Below are positions 1-13,206 of a DNA stretch of 64,000 nt, in pieces (the stretch's first letter is position 1; each line of letters begins with the position of its first letter). The translations under genes were made by a program, and so were the position numbers. The notes below the pieces were generated by a model. The model searched no databases. It saw nothing but the letters and a program-made list of their open reading frames with translations, and was not told the origin of the DNA. Where the stretch lies: NCBI GenBank assembly GCA_043228905.1, contig JBHGNT010000007.1, positions 7,812,001 through 7,876,000 on the forward strand, written 5' to 3'. This DNA is from Azolla caroliniana. Lineage: Eukaryota; Plantae; Polypodiophyta.

Positions 1-764
1 AAGAAACATAAATTTATGTGTGTGGTCGTGACGATATAATGTATGTGTGCGACATTTCAAACACTAGATAGTGCACCGTGTTCATTCAATATATGGAAGA
101 AAACTATATTCTATGCGATGAGAGGAGAGGGGAATCTTACTTAAGTGAAACAAACAAAAACCTATGGTCCTTCCTAGTTATGAGAAGGAAATCTTAATGC
201 AAGTAAATAGCAATTTAATATAAAAAACATAAGTTAAAGAGTAATGAGATACTGTTGACACTTTCTCTCACTATAATCCATGTGCTTTTCATAACTCGTG
301 ACAATGTGATGTTGTAAAGAACAACTTGAGGCTGAGTCTAGTATGGGTTTTGGAGTTACCATTCACATTTGATCTAAGTATGTTGCATCTCACCCACAAG
401 AAGTTTATGATGTTGAAGAGTAGGCACAGAGAGGATCCTAGTAATCTGCTATATTCCAACACACCAAGTTACCTATGTCACACCTAAGTTACAAGTCCTA
501 TGGAAGGTGTTAATTCTACAAGCAAACCAAGGGGTAAAGATCCCTTGTGGGGGAGGATATAGTAATCCACTATATTTCATCACAGTAAGTTACTTCTGTC
601 GCACCTTACAAGTCCTATGGGTTATAAAGTGTTAATTGTACATGCAAACCAATGGGAAAAGATGATTCCCTTCCTTGCCCACAAGTGTCAAAGGTGTTAA
701 TTCTACATGCAAACCAAGTGGATGTGAGCCCTTCACACACACACACACACACATGACAAAGTAC

Positions 765-3485
765 CTTTGGGAATTGGGAGCGGTCTTTCATTGAGGAGTA
801 GATCGATGGAAACACGCTAGTGCCCCCAAACGAGAATGCGTAGAGGCCAGCAGCAACGGGGACTCCAGACATGCGGATAAGAGGTATAGGATGCGATACA
901 CCGATGCCATTGATGGAGGCCGCGAGTACAACCGCCACCAACAATCCTAGTGTCGAAAATATGCACCATATGGATGTAAAAGAGAGTGCCGACAAGTCAC
1001 GTAGCCACACAGTCGGTAGAATGATGAGGGATGCCACGAAAATCATGAAATTGTGTCCGGTGAGTCCCGGTAGTCCCCAATGGTTGAGGGTCGGAAAGAG
1101 ATAGGCCAAGTTGTCCCCAACACTAATGCAATATCCAACCAATGTGCCCGTTATTTCAATATAGAACATGGCATCTATCACTGTTCTCATCCGTCGTCCA
1201 CACACTATCCTCGCAACACCTTCGTATGTTCCGTTGTCCTCTCCATCATCACAATCCTTGGCCGTTGCTATCTCCACACATCGTGACATCAAATAGGCGG
1301 CATACATGTATCCCGTTGATATTGCCACCCCTATCAATGCACCCGTCCACCCACCCTTTGCCACCGCAAATGGGGACGATAGCATTCCTAATCCTGCCAT
1401 CATTATCGCCCAATTCAGGTTTTATACAAAAAAACATGAGATATTATAGAATCTAGTTTCCTTTGACATGTTCTAGATATATATTGTGATGTACTTTAAG
1501 CAAGACACTCTAGTTCAGATCCTCTCTATGTACATTTCACAATATATTTTTAGCTATATATTTTGCGTCATTGCGCCCATGGATGTCAAATATGGCCAAT
1601 GGAACCCAAAGTGTCTAAACATTGCATTGTGTCATGTCGGAGTTGATAAGTGATCTCCAATGTTAAAGAATTCAACCAATTAATGTTGAAAGTGTAGGAA
1701 TTATCGGGAATGGTCGAAAATATGGGGGGTAGCTTGAACGTAAATGATGATGAATCATAATGATATTGTGTGATGCCCAAACTCACCAACTTGTTTATGC
1801 CTCATCTCATATTGAAGAGTATGTGTGTTGAATAATATGGAGCCAACGATGTAGATTACATAACCCTTGTTTCATTTTTCTATTTGTAGGCTTCAGAATC
1901 TACATTGGTTAACGATACATCCTAATTATCCCAATATTCGATGATTTTCGTTGTATCTGTAAAGATTTAGATTCATAAGAAGAATTTGGTGGCCATTTAG
2001 ATTGCACTTTCTACTTGTGATGGACAAGATTTTCTCTATTTCATTTGAATATTGGAATATTCTATTTTATTGGTACATTTTTAGGTATTGGGTTCCAACT
2101 AAGGTATATTCTTCTTATATATTCAAACATTATGCATAACTAAATTAGTAAACTTTGGAATTCTAACTTTGCAAGCTTAGAGATGGTAAACCATAGAAAA
2201 AGCTTTACCAAACATATTTTTACAATTTAAGAATTGTTATTTTTAGGTACTTGTTGTGAGCCTCAATCTTAAACAAATGAACATGTAGACTCTTGGTGGG
2301 TTAATGTTTAATGACGGTTAGGAGCTTTGAACCTATGGATATAAACCTTTTAACTACGTATGCATACTATAAGAAATAAATAGATGAGATGGGGTTGGGA
2401 TGCTCAATGCTAACCTTTAAAATATTGGATCACAAAGAAGGAAAAATGTACACCCCCACAACGGAGGAAACATGCAAATAATCTTAATAAAGCCAAATAT
2501 CCAAACCAACGAATTATTAGGGAATAATGGTAAAGAAGCTTTTCTTGTGAGAAATAGGTAAGAGTAACCAAAGGCAAATATCGCTATTTTAATTCAAGGA
2601 TGCATTCCTCACAATTTTTCTTGTGCTTCATGGGTCTAATGTGTCCAAATGAACCTAGAATGATTACTCCCTATTATAATCTAGATGATCACCATCTCCA
2701 ATTGTAGAGTTGATAGCCATTTCTGTGATGGAGAACTATTTCACCCGCAAACCAATGACTTAAGCCGCTTAGTCATAACACATCCATTCATCATAAACCT
2801 TGCTTTCATTGATTCAATGTAGCAAATACATACCACACACAAGGTCAAGCGATTGTAATATTATGCACATACTTGTGTATTTACACACACAAACCAAGTT
2901 TGTGCATTTTGCTTCTATGGACATGGCTTAAATGATGGATGGTTGTCACAAGTAGGGAGCTTGGTGTATAACAGCACCCCCAACAAACATGTCCATTTAT
3001 TGATCTAAACCACATGAAATTGTTGTTTTGGGCACTCATATAGGGTATGGTGTTGTGTACCTTATCTTCATATGATGATAGAGACTATCAAGCCTAACAT
3101 TTCTACATGCATAGTAGTAATGGTAGCAAATTCTCTAGGAATGCCTGTAGAACCAACTTACATGCAATGCAACTTTCGAAAGATATTTATGATGTTTAAT
3201 ATTTTTTGATTTTAGAAAATATTAAGAAAGCTTACCATAGAGCATGCTAACACAATTAACTGTGGTTTGAAAGAAGGTGGTCTTGCGTCGTTTTGGAAGC
3301 TCATGCAAGGCCTTGATGTCCTTAGAGTTACTCATATTTATGTCAACATGAAACTTTTTAACCTTCTCTTCAGGAATATAGATCTCAGGAGGGGAAACCA
3401 TTTTTTGTACTTCATATGCAAAAGTATCTTGGGCATGTGACCCGTCATCGATGGCCACTTTCTCACTCAAGTGTGAGGCACCCAT
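765..3485 (-). CDS. AVT1-like (Aa_trans/AAAP) amino-acid transporter, first two coding exons (3485-3236, 1393-765); gene continues beyond position 1
   Basis: Exon 1 ends TTFFQTTVNCVSMLYG|GTAAG. Exon 2 starts after CAG with LGMLSSPFAVAKGGW and contains TYEGVA, ILPTVWLRDLSALSF and YAFSFGGTSVFPSIYSSMKDRSQFPK|GT. GT-AG joins keep the frame. Confidence 0.9.
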
Positions 3486-4177
3486 TTTTCTACAAAACAA
3501 GAAGATGGAAAAATAAATACCAATTACTATTAGTTGTAAAAGTCCACCTTAGCTTATCAATAAAATTAAAAGCATACCATACTAGTGATAATATTTGAGA
3601 CTTAGTAGTAATAGTAATTATAATGAAATATATAATAACAACAATAGTAGTAGTACAAACCGAATTCTAGCTAATAAGATGTAAATGTTGTTAAGCTAGT
3701 GTGTTCATCAAATACACTTAAGGGAACAACTTTTGTTGTTTTTGCTATCACTTGTATTTGATACATGAGAGACAAGAAACAGTGTGGGACAAGGACATAA
3801 TGAGTGAATGAATGAGCAAGTGAAAACGTTGAATGAGTGATGACTTAGAAATCGAGTGACTTAGAGACACTGAGTGAGAGAGAACCTTTGCCTAAATGCT
3901 TGAATCGTCCGCGTCTTCTCCCTCCCTCCCTTTGGTTCTTTCTCTCTTTAAATAAGCTCATGCACAAATAAAAGAGTATTATTTCTTTAGCAATCCATCT
4001 ACCCCATTTGCAATGTTTGTTCATGCTTTGACGTCCCCACCACCTTTTTCCTTTGGGATATACGTCCTCATTGTGGATATTGCAGCGGTGGGTTTTAAAC
4101 TAAAAGCACAAAATAACTTAGTTAATTTGAGGGAAAGAGAACCTTCTGGATTTGCATTTGTACTCTTAGCTTAGCTT

Positions 4178-4178
<1 letters not shown>

Positions 4179-4246
<68 letters not shown>
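4179..4246. repeat. (GT)n(GA)n compound microsatellite upstream of the transporter gene
   Basis: Directly visible. Confidence 0.95.
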
Positions 4247-4249
<3 letters not shown>

Positions 4250-7200
4250 AGAGTATATAGCCTAGGCGTATTCATATTCATGCATTAGAGAAGAAACATC
4301 ATATTATTGATAGCGCACTCGTACTCTTATGCTAAGAATAATATACATGTGGATTTTGTGATCTTACATTAGACAAAGTATTAAAGGTGCATATTTTGTA
4401 TTCGTAATTCTTCGAATTTGCCTTCATTGAAAATTATGCAACATGTCCAATGTAAATTTATAACTTATCATATATCTTTTGTGTCACTTTGCTGGCCGTT
4501 TAGGGGGAGTGACTTCTCTCATCCTTAAGTTACCCTTAGGAATGCATAAGAAAAAAGAAGATGAAGAATACACTCTCACATAAGTTTTCTTTGTTGCTTG
4601 GCTTATTGTAGCATAGTGTAATCAAGTATTGAGATGCATTGATCAATATACATCAAATTTGAACATTTGACATTTCCATAAGGTTATAGAAGTCATGCTT
4701 TAAGATTGGGTGGTTTCACAATGACCCAACATGTCACTCCTCTACATGTTATTGCACCCAAATTTGAATGTAATAATGCATGCACTAAACTAAATATATT
4801 CAATGCACATGAAGTTAGTAATATAGGATAATCACCTAGTGGTTATCTTAATATAGAAAAAACTCAAAAATGATTTTGGATAACTACCTACTCCATTTAG
4901 TAAAGGATAAAAATAAAAATGAATATGGATCCTATTTTCTACCGAAACCATGCCAAAATTGCAAAAACCATAATTAAAAAGGCATGTAAACATAATTTTT
5001 GTTGGATTATTCGATGAATTCATGCATAAGACTTGCAAAATGGTATATGTGTTATTTGCACAATATTTGTTGCTTTAACTTAGATCTTTCTAAAGCTTTC
5101 ATATGATTGAATGTGTACACTAATTTGAGGTTCATTGAGCAATTCTACTTTGATTATAATTGGCACATGTTGTTAAAGTCACTTGGATACTTTGTTGTTG
5201 GCAATATGTTTAATTATTAGTATATGTCACAATATAACATTATCATAATCTATATTGGTTGATGAGAAGTTGGGCTAGTATCAATATATGCGTGCTTAAA
5301 CAAAGGTATTTTAGTAAACACAAGTGTTTGTGTATTACTAGTAGGATGAACCGCATTGTCATTGGTATTGTGTCTATGTCAAATTCCTCAACTAGTAGCG
5401 TTGGTAGCGTTGCCTCTGCAGGGAAGTGCTATCAATTACACTCATTGAATTATGGGGAGAAAACAATAATCAATGTTGTGGAGACATTATCTTCGAAACA
5501 AACAATTAATGAGCATAGTATCAAAAAATTTATGACAAGTTTATATATATGATGAATAATGTTAAACCCATTGATAAAGCTTATTTCATTACAAAAGCTT
5601 TTCCATTACAACATTTTAGATTCCACAAGCTTTACCATTACCATTACCATTACCATTTAGAACTTTAAAATTCCAATGAGGCAACTTCATGAGTCTATGT
5701 TGAAAAATTTGTAGGGATGTTGAAAATCTCTTCTATCGTGTGTAAAGGAAATGTTTTGACAATGTGTTTTCACATACAAAGTTTGATTTGTGTGTGTAAG
5801 GTGCACGAAGCTCTCTCTTTGTCTTTGTCTCTCTTTCTCTCTCAAAATGTGAGAAGGTAAAAATTTCTTAAATATATGTCATTGATGTATATAGGAGGGT
5901 GTAAGAAATTAGCAAACCACAATGAAAAAAATCTTCTAGGTATGTATCAAACCTGAAATGCTCAAATAAATGGGAACTTGAAATAGATAGGTGTATTGTA
6001 ACATATGCTTCATGATTGAAGTACAAATTGGATCAAACCTTTGTAAATAAAGGGATGCATGTAAATAATGTAAACAAATAGTAGAACAATCATGATTGGT
6101 TCTCTCATTGTGAAGTTATTCAGCTCTATAACAAAACAAATCAAAATGTATTGGTCAAAGCTACACGCAAATCTTTTAGAAACATCATCACGACATTGAT
6201 CACCGTGTGACTCTTTGAGTTATAATGGAAGAAAATTGTTCGAATGGAAACCAATTATATTATTGCTTTAGGAGATGAAATTATTGGTATAAAAGGATAT
6301 TCACTTTCACCAACTTACTTTGGGTTACATATTTCAATTGGAATATATATTTGATAGGTTTGTGTAACAAGAAGACATTGTTGAGGTTACCATTGGGAAT
6401 GCAATGATCATAATTATGTTTACGTGTAATTAATATAGCGCTTTTAACAAATGCTTTATATACTAGAAGATGAAGAAGGCTATATGTATATCTAATGGAA
6501 GGCTTTACATTCCTAGTGTTTTTGTAGATGCATGCCTTGGTGTGTGTGAACGCCATTTCTCCCTTCTTAGTGTGAATGGATCCAAGACAAAGGTTATTCT
6601 CAATAAGGATAAACCAGGAATTCCCTACAATAATGACCTACTTGAGGTGACATCAAAGAAATCAAAGAAACATTTGAGAACATGTCCAACTACGGAGGAA
6701 TAAAATCTTGATTCATGAGAAGTACTTGTTCAACACTTTGGTGATGCCATTATTGTTCTATGATGTGGTAACATCTCTAAGTCTACTTACAAAGAACCTG
6801 AAAATGTCCAAGATCTTTTCATTACAATTTTTCTCCACCTCATAGAATTGCTTTTCCATTGCAATCATGTCATGGTGAGGGATGTGGAATGCATTCTTAC
6901 AATTGAAACTAAACTCTTTGTCAGTTCGTGGAATTGCATGGGAAGTAGATAAATTAGGCCAATAGGCATGGGAAACACAAAATTTTGAGTTTTGGATGGA
7001 TGAAGGAGAAATGTTGATTGATTGATACATTACACTTGCTTCATATTACCCTGATATATTCCTCAATGGATATGATGTTTTGCATGATACATCACACTTG
7101 AAAAGTATATCACATATGTTGCACAAAACTACAAAAATAATTCTTGCTTTGAGAATGTAAACAGATACTAGGTATACACAGTACATTATATCTTATTCAT

Positions 7201-7736
7201 TGTCTGCAATTTACACTATCATTTCCATGCAATAACTAATTGAGCATGCAATTAGGGCATTGAGAAGAGAGTTGTTGGTTCTAGCAACATCTTTTGTAAT
7301 GTTTAGTTAATTGATTTGCAACTTAGTTTATCTAAGAACTTAACCTAAATTGTTAAAAGCACTAAGTGGAAAGAAAAAACAAAAAGAGAATAATTGTACA
7401 TTTATTAATTAAGTGACCATTCTTAGTATTGCTGAAAACCATAAGTCTTAGGGTAAAACACTGGACATTAATCTTGTCTGTGTGAGAGAGAAATAAATAT
7501 AGTTTATTATTGTCTTCAGAGGTCAAATATGATCTATGAGACCAAAAATATAAAATGAAAACATAATGCATGTGAAAGTGAGTACGGACTCTCAACGTTC
7601 AAGAACCTTACCAATGAGTGTCACAATTAAGAATGTAGACAAGACTTCATGAGAGAGATTCATACAACGATTGGGTTTAATCGAAAATGTATCTCGCTCG
7701 ATCGACGACAATCAATCTTTCGATATCGTCGAAAAT

Positions 7737-8040
7737 ATGGAGAAAGGAAAAGAATTAGAATCACCACTTGACGAACTAATCAAAAGCATGAAGTATTTGT
7801 AGTTAAGGTTCGCCAAGTTGGAGAAATCGAAAGCTCGAGTAAAAAAAGGCCTAAGTTGATACATATGGAGCAATAAAACCCAAACATTAGAAGAGGGATT
7901 GCAAGAGTCATGAAGGAGCTCTTGATGGAAATTTAATTTTATATCAAGATGGAAAGATTCATCTATTAGAAACTCAACCACCTCTCTGATTCAACTTCAA
8001 AAAAGGCAAAATGAAGAAGTTAATGAAGGACGCCAAAGCC
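7737..8040 (+). pseudogene. Old, degenerate gypsy gag-like fragment
   Basis: Reads MEKGKELESPLDELIKSMKYL*LRFAKLEKSK, resembling the coiled-coil part of the gag at ~27590 (LQELTRMVRNL*IAQ); contains stops. Confidence 0.4.
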
Positions 8041-8167
8041 TAAAGGATACAAGCAACTTACTACTCAACAATATCTAAGTTTAAGTTTGGTGATTCTCAT
8101 ATTGGTACTCACTTTTGGCATAGGGTCATTAATACGGGGAGTAAAGAAATATCTAACAAAAGGACTC

Positions 8168-8762
8168 TGTCAAGACTAAGAGAGAGAAAGAGAGATAGAG
8201 AGATAATTGAAAGAGAATTATTATATTGAAGAGTAAAATGGATTACAAAGAGTAGGCTACAAAATGGCGTTGAACCAATTTAGGTTTGGGATGGGTGGTA
8301 GATCCCTATTTATAAGTAATAGAGAACACTCTAGAATATTCTAGGTTATCCTAGAATGTAGAGTAATCTAGAAGGTTCTAGTGGTATAGAACACTCTAGA
8401 ATATTCTAGGTCATTCTAGAATGTAGAGTAATATAGAATATTCCTATGATATTAGATTTCATATTCTGAAAACTATACATATAAGAATATTAATACAATG
8501 GTTAAGGATTTGACATGTGTACAACAAGGTCATGGGTTCAAATCTTTTCGAGTCATAATGTGAGTGTCATGATCTTTTCGATGCATGATGTGAGTGTTAT
8601 CATGACACTATCCCCCTTCTTCGACAACACGTCTCACGGGTCGTAGGGTTTGTATTAGGACCTGGTTTACAAGGATATTGACGATGAAATGCATTGACGA
8701 GTTTTGCAGCATTGGAAAGTGTTAGGAAACAGGTCCCTCCGGATGGGAAGTGAGAAGAACCG
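8168..8762 (-). mobile_element. 3' end of a Tcn1-like chromovirus: degenerate chromodomain tail, PPT and 3' LTR (8168-8607)
   Basis: Minus strand reads LSNAAKLVNAFHRQYPCKPGP, then a purine tract GAAGAAGGGGGATAG directly before TGTCATGA. The LTR ends ...CTTGACA. The element is cut by the copia LTR at 8763. Confidence 0.7.
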
Positions 8763-11700
8763 TGTTGATGAGCAACTTGGCTGAGGCGGAAACCGGAAAT
8801 CGTGGAGATAGCCAACACGGAAGGTTAAACTTGTAAATAGTCGAAAGGTTACATTAGTATATAAGTACTTAGGGCAATCATGTTAGATATGTGTGTATTA
8901 TTGTAAAGTTACTGTTGTCGAGGTCGTGATCTCTGTAACGGTGAGAGTGAACGAGTGTGAGTGGAAGCGTGTGAGCTCCATAGCCGCCTGTTGGCGAAGC
9001 AGGATCTCGAGGTCGTTGCCTCTGAGATCTCTGATTCTATTCCTTTCTCTCATAGTGTTCTATTTCAGAGTTTGTGGACTCCACGTGGTTTTTTCCCAGT
9101 TCGGGTTTCCACGTTAAAATTTGTGTCATTCTCAATTTCTGTATTATGATTTTCCTCTCCATTAGATTGATTATTATTCCGCACACGCAAACCGGTTGTG
9201 GCCGGCAACGATTTTAACTTCAAACTGGTATCAGAGCGAAATGACACAAAAAAAATGGACGATTCGTTGGGAGGCATGTTCAAGCTCACTGGCTCCAACT
9301 ATTCAGTGTGGAAGTTGAAGATGAGGGACATGCTCGTGGTTAAAGATGTTTGGTTGCCGGTTTAGTTCGGGGACAAGAGACCGGACAAAATCGATGCCAC
9401 GATATGGGAGGTGATGCACATGAAGACAATGGCGTACATACGGTGCTTCATCGACATGAGTCTATATAACAACTTCAATGAAGAGAGCAAGGCTCATGAG
9501 CTCTAGGAGAAGATCGACATTATGTTTCAGAACAAAAATGTTGTTAATCAGGTTTCGGTATTTCGGAAGCTAGTAAGACTCCAGTACCAAGATGGCTCCA
9601 ACATGGCGGAGAACATGAATGCCTTCCAGGGGCTGATACACCAGTCAACATCATTAGAAGTACCTCTCGCCGATGAGGTACTAACACTACTCCTGCTCAG
9701 TTCCCTCCCAGATAGCTGGGAGACATTGGTCGTCACTTTGGGCAACGCCGGGTCGGAAGGGAAACGGTTATCCCTAGCAAGAGTGAAGTTGAGCTTGCTA
9801 GATGAGGAGGCGCGTCGAAAAGATAAGGATACGAGCTCCGACTCCAAAGCGCTCCTTACCGAATCGGAACGCAGAAGGCAAAGGAACCATAGTCCCCAGA
9901 ACCGGGAAAAGTCAGGGACACGGTTAATGTCAAGGGGGAGGCCTACTTGCTTCTATTGTGGCAAGCCGGGACACTTCCAAAAGAACTGTCGGCACTTCCG
10001 AAAAGACAAGGAAACCGATGGTACCGATTCGAAGCGAACACCAGACCGAAAGGTAAAGACCGGAGGGGGCCAGACCGGAAGGGAATGACGACAATTGCGG
10101 CAAGTGAAGAAGAGTTGATGCTCATCACCGAGGAGAGTGAGTTGAACCTTGCCGACGACGAGACAACGTGGGTTGTCTCGATTTCGGAGCGTTGTTCCAC
10201 CTTAACCCGGACCGGAAATGCTTCTCATCCTACTCAGCCGGTGATCACGACTGTGTCTGGATGGGGAATGAAGGTACATGCCAAATTGTCGGCATAGGAG
10301 ACGTGTGGTTGACAACACCAACCGGATGCAAGCTGCTACTTAAGGATGTCCCACATGTTCCGGAGGTTCGACTGAACCTGATATCAGCCGGTCGGCTAGA
10401 TGATGAAGGCTACACGGGTAGCATCCGGAACAGAGTCATGAAATTCAGCAAAGGGAACCTGATAGTGGCTCGGTCCTGGAAGGTCAACACGCTGTACTTG
10501 ATGAATGCCCGGTTATTCTCGGAAGAAGTGAACGTGGCTTCAAACACTATTGGTGAGTTGTGGCACAAGAGATTGTGTCACATGAGCGTGAAGGGGATGA
10601 AGAGGCTTGCCGATGACAACCTCATTCTAGTGAAGAAGGTGCATCTTGAGAGGTGCACCGACTGCCTAGTCGGTAAACAAAACCGGACCTCCTTCTGATC
10701 GAGGCCACCGATGAGACGTAATGCACCACTGGAGTTGGTGCATATTGATGTGTGTCAAGTGGACACGAAGTGACATGCTGGATCGCAGTACTTCGTGACA
10801 TTCATAGATGACCACAGCCGGAAGCTGTGGGCCACACTGTTGAAGACGAAGGATCAGGTGCTATCCGTCTTAAAAGAGCTCCACGCGAGAGTGGAAAGAG
10901 AAACTGGCTGGAAGCTGAAGGTGGTTCGAGCAGATAACGGAGGAGAATACCGGGGGCAGTTCGAGGAGTACTGTCGCTTGAAGGGAATCCGGCTCAAATT
11001 TACCGTGCCGAAGACGCCAGAACTAAATGGGTTGGCCAAGAGGATGAACCAGACCATAATGGAGAGGGTCCGGAGTATGCTGGCGCATGCAAAATTACCC
11101 AAGATGTTTTGGGCGGAGGCATTGTCGACGGCGACATATGTGATAAACAGATCACCCTCAGTACCCTTGGACGGAGACACGCCGCAGAGAGTCTGGACCG
11201 GTAAGGAAGTGTCCTACCGGCATCTGAAGGTATTCGGGTGTCTTGCGTACGTGCATGTAGCTAAGGACCGTAGAGGAAAGTTAGATCCGAAGACCCGGCC
11301 ATGCATATTCCTTGGTTACGGCGACGATGAGTTCGGCTACCGAGTGTGGGACCCGGTCGACCAGAAAGTATTCCAGAGTCAAGATATTATCTTCATGGAG
11401 GACAAGTCGCTCGCCGACTGGGAGTCAGAGAAGAAGATAATGAACTCCGAGTCGAACGGTAAGGAGAAATTTCGATTTGATGAAATGTAGTTCCAACCGG
11501 CAAGAAGCCGGTTAGCACTCGATGAACCGGCTGGTGACGGTGAGGAGACAAAACCGGCCGAAGAAGAAGAAGGAATAGGTGAAACTGAAACCGGACAAAA
11601 CCCCGAATCAGATTCGGATGAAGAGCAAATGGAGGAGCCGGTTACCGAAGCCCAAGGACACAAATATCCTCTCAGAGAGAGAAGGGCCCCCCGGAGATTT

Positions 11701-12777
11701 TCGGATCCAGAGCACGTGTTACTAACCGATGAGGGGGAGCTAGAAAGCTTCGAGGAAGCTAAAAGTGATGCCCATAGCCGCAAATGGTTAAGTGCTATGC
11801 ACGATGAGATGGATTCCTTGCATGAGAACCATACGTACGAATTGGTGGAGTTGCCGAAAGGAAAGCGGGCACTCTGAAACAAGTGGGTGTACAAGTTGAA
11901 ACCGGGAGATGCCGGCAACCCCCTGAGATACAAAGCCAGGATCGTGGTGAAGGGGTTCCAGCAGAAGAAGGGCGTGGACTTCGACGAGATATTTGCCCCG
12001 GTAGTAAAGATGACTTCCATACAGACGGTGTTGAGTATAGCGGCAAGCATGGACCTCGAGGTAGAGCAGCTGGACATGAAGACGACATTCCTTCACGGTG
12101 ACCTCGAAGAGGAGATCTACATGCAGCAACCGGAAGGATTCGTGGAGAAAGGGAAGGAGCACCTGGTTTGCCGATTGAAGAAGAGCCTGTATAGACTGAA
12201 GCAGGCTCCCTGACAATGGTACCAGAAGTTCTACTCCTTCATGACCGACCAAGGGTATCACAAAATGCAAACCGATCACTGCGTGTTTGTGAAGAAGTTC
12301 GAAGGAGGCGACTTCCTAATTCTCCTTCTGTACGTGGATGACATGTTGATCGTCGGACGGGACCAAGCCAAAATACGGATGCTGAAGAAGGCTCTCAACC
12401 AAACTTTCGCAATGAAAGACTTGGGCCCGACAAGACAGATACTAGGGATGCACATCATCCGGGACCGGTCAAAGAAGCAATTGTGGCTGTCACAAGAGAA
12501 ATACGTGACAAAGGTGCTTCAACGGTTCAACATGTTAGAAGCGAAACCGATCGAATCGACACTCCCGGCAAACTGCAGATTATCCGGTAAGCAAAGCCCG
12601 AAGACGAAAGTAGAGAAGGCGGATATGATGAAGGTTCCATATGCTTCTGCCGTTGGGAGCTTAATGTACGCAATGGTGTGTACTCGACCGGATATTGGAT
12701 ACACAGTCAGAGTGGTGAGCCGGTTTATGAGCAATCCCGGCAAGGAGCATTGGAACGCGATCAAATGGATACTCCGG
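8763..12777 (+). mobile_element. Ty1/copia element F (Tnt1/Tork-like): 5' LTR 8763-9222, tRNA-iMet PBS, degenerate gag-pol truncated after RT
   Basis: TG...CA LTR; TGGTATCAGAGC at 9226; CCHC knuckle CFYCGKPGHFQKNC; LWHKRLCH; integrase RADNGGEY and GKLDPK; RT YKARIVVKGF and LYVDDML. Several stops and frameshifts; interrupted at WILR| by a gypsy LTR. Confidence 0.93.
9255..12777 (+). pseudogene. copia gag-PR-INT-RT polyprotein, disrupted
   Basis: ORF pieces 9522-10088, 10168-10698, 10795-11490, 11887-12213 and 12241-12813 lie in copia domain order. Confidence 0.9.
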
Positions 12778-13206
12778 TGTCATGTGGTTTTTCACACACG
12801 ATATGAAAACTAGTAAAATAATTATTTACGATTAGCTTAATATATTTATATACAAAGATAGATGTGTTCAAGAGCTTCATAGCGTATTTTACTACGCATA
12901 AAACGGATAAACAAGTATCAAGTTATGTGAGTGTGAAGTTTGAAGAAAAGAAAAGAAAAGACAAAACTGTGAGATATCCCACATAGATAGGACAACATTG
13001 GAACCCAAAATATATAACGGAAACCAAAACATATTCATTCTATCAATGTGTGGAGCATAGAATGTTCAAGGTGACTTGGGCTACACTATGTGGTGTGCAC
13101 GCTTCGGGCGTATGCGTGAGTGCATGGCTAGGTGGACGTTTTTAGACGTACACGCGCATGGACGTCTTCGGATGTATGCGTGTGTGCAAGTTTCGGACGG
13201 ACGCGT

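Noticed and set aside
5250-7360. Short ORFs in AT-rich DNA that look like decayed coding sequence
   Set aside because: No recognisable motif; could be an old DNA transposon or helitron relic, but this cannot be supported by eye.
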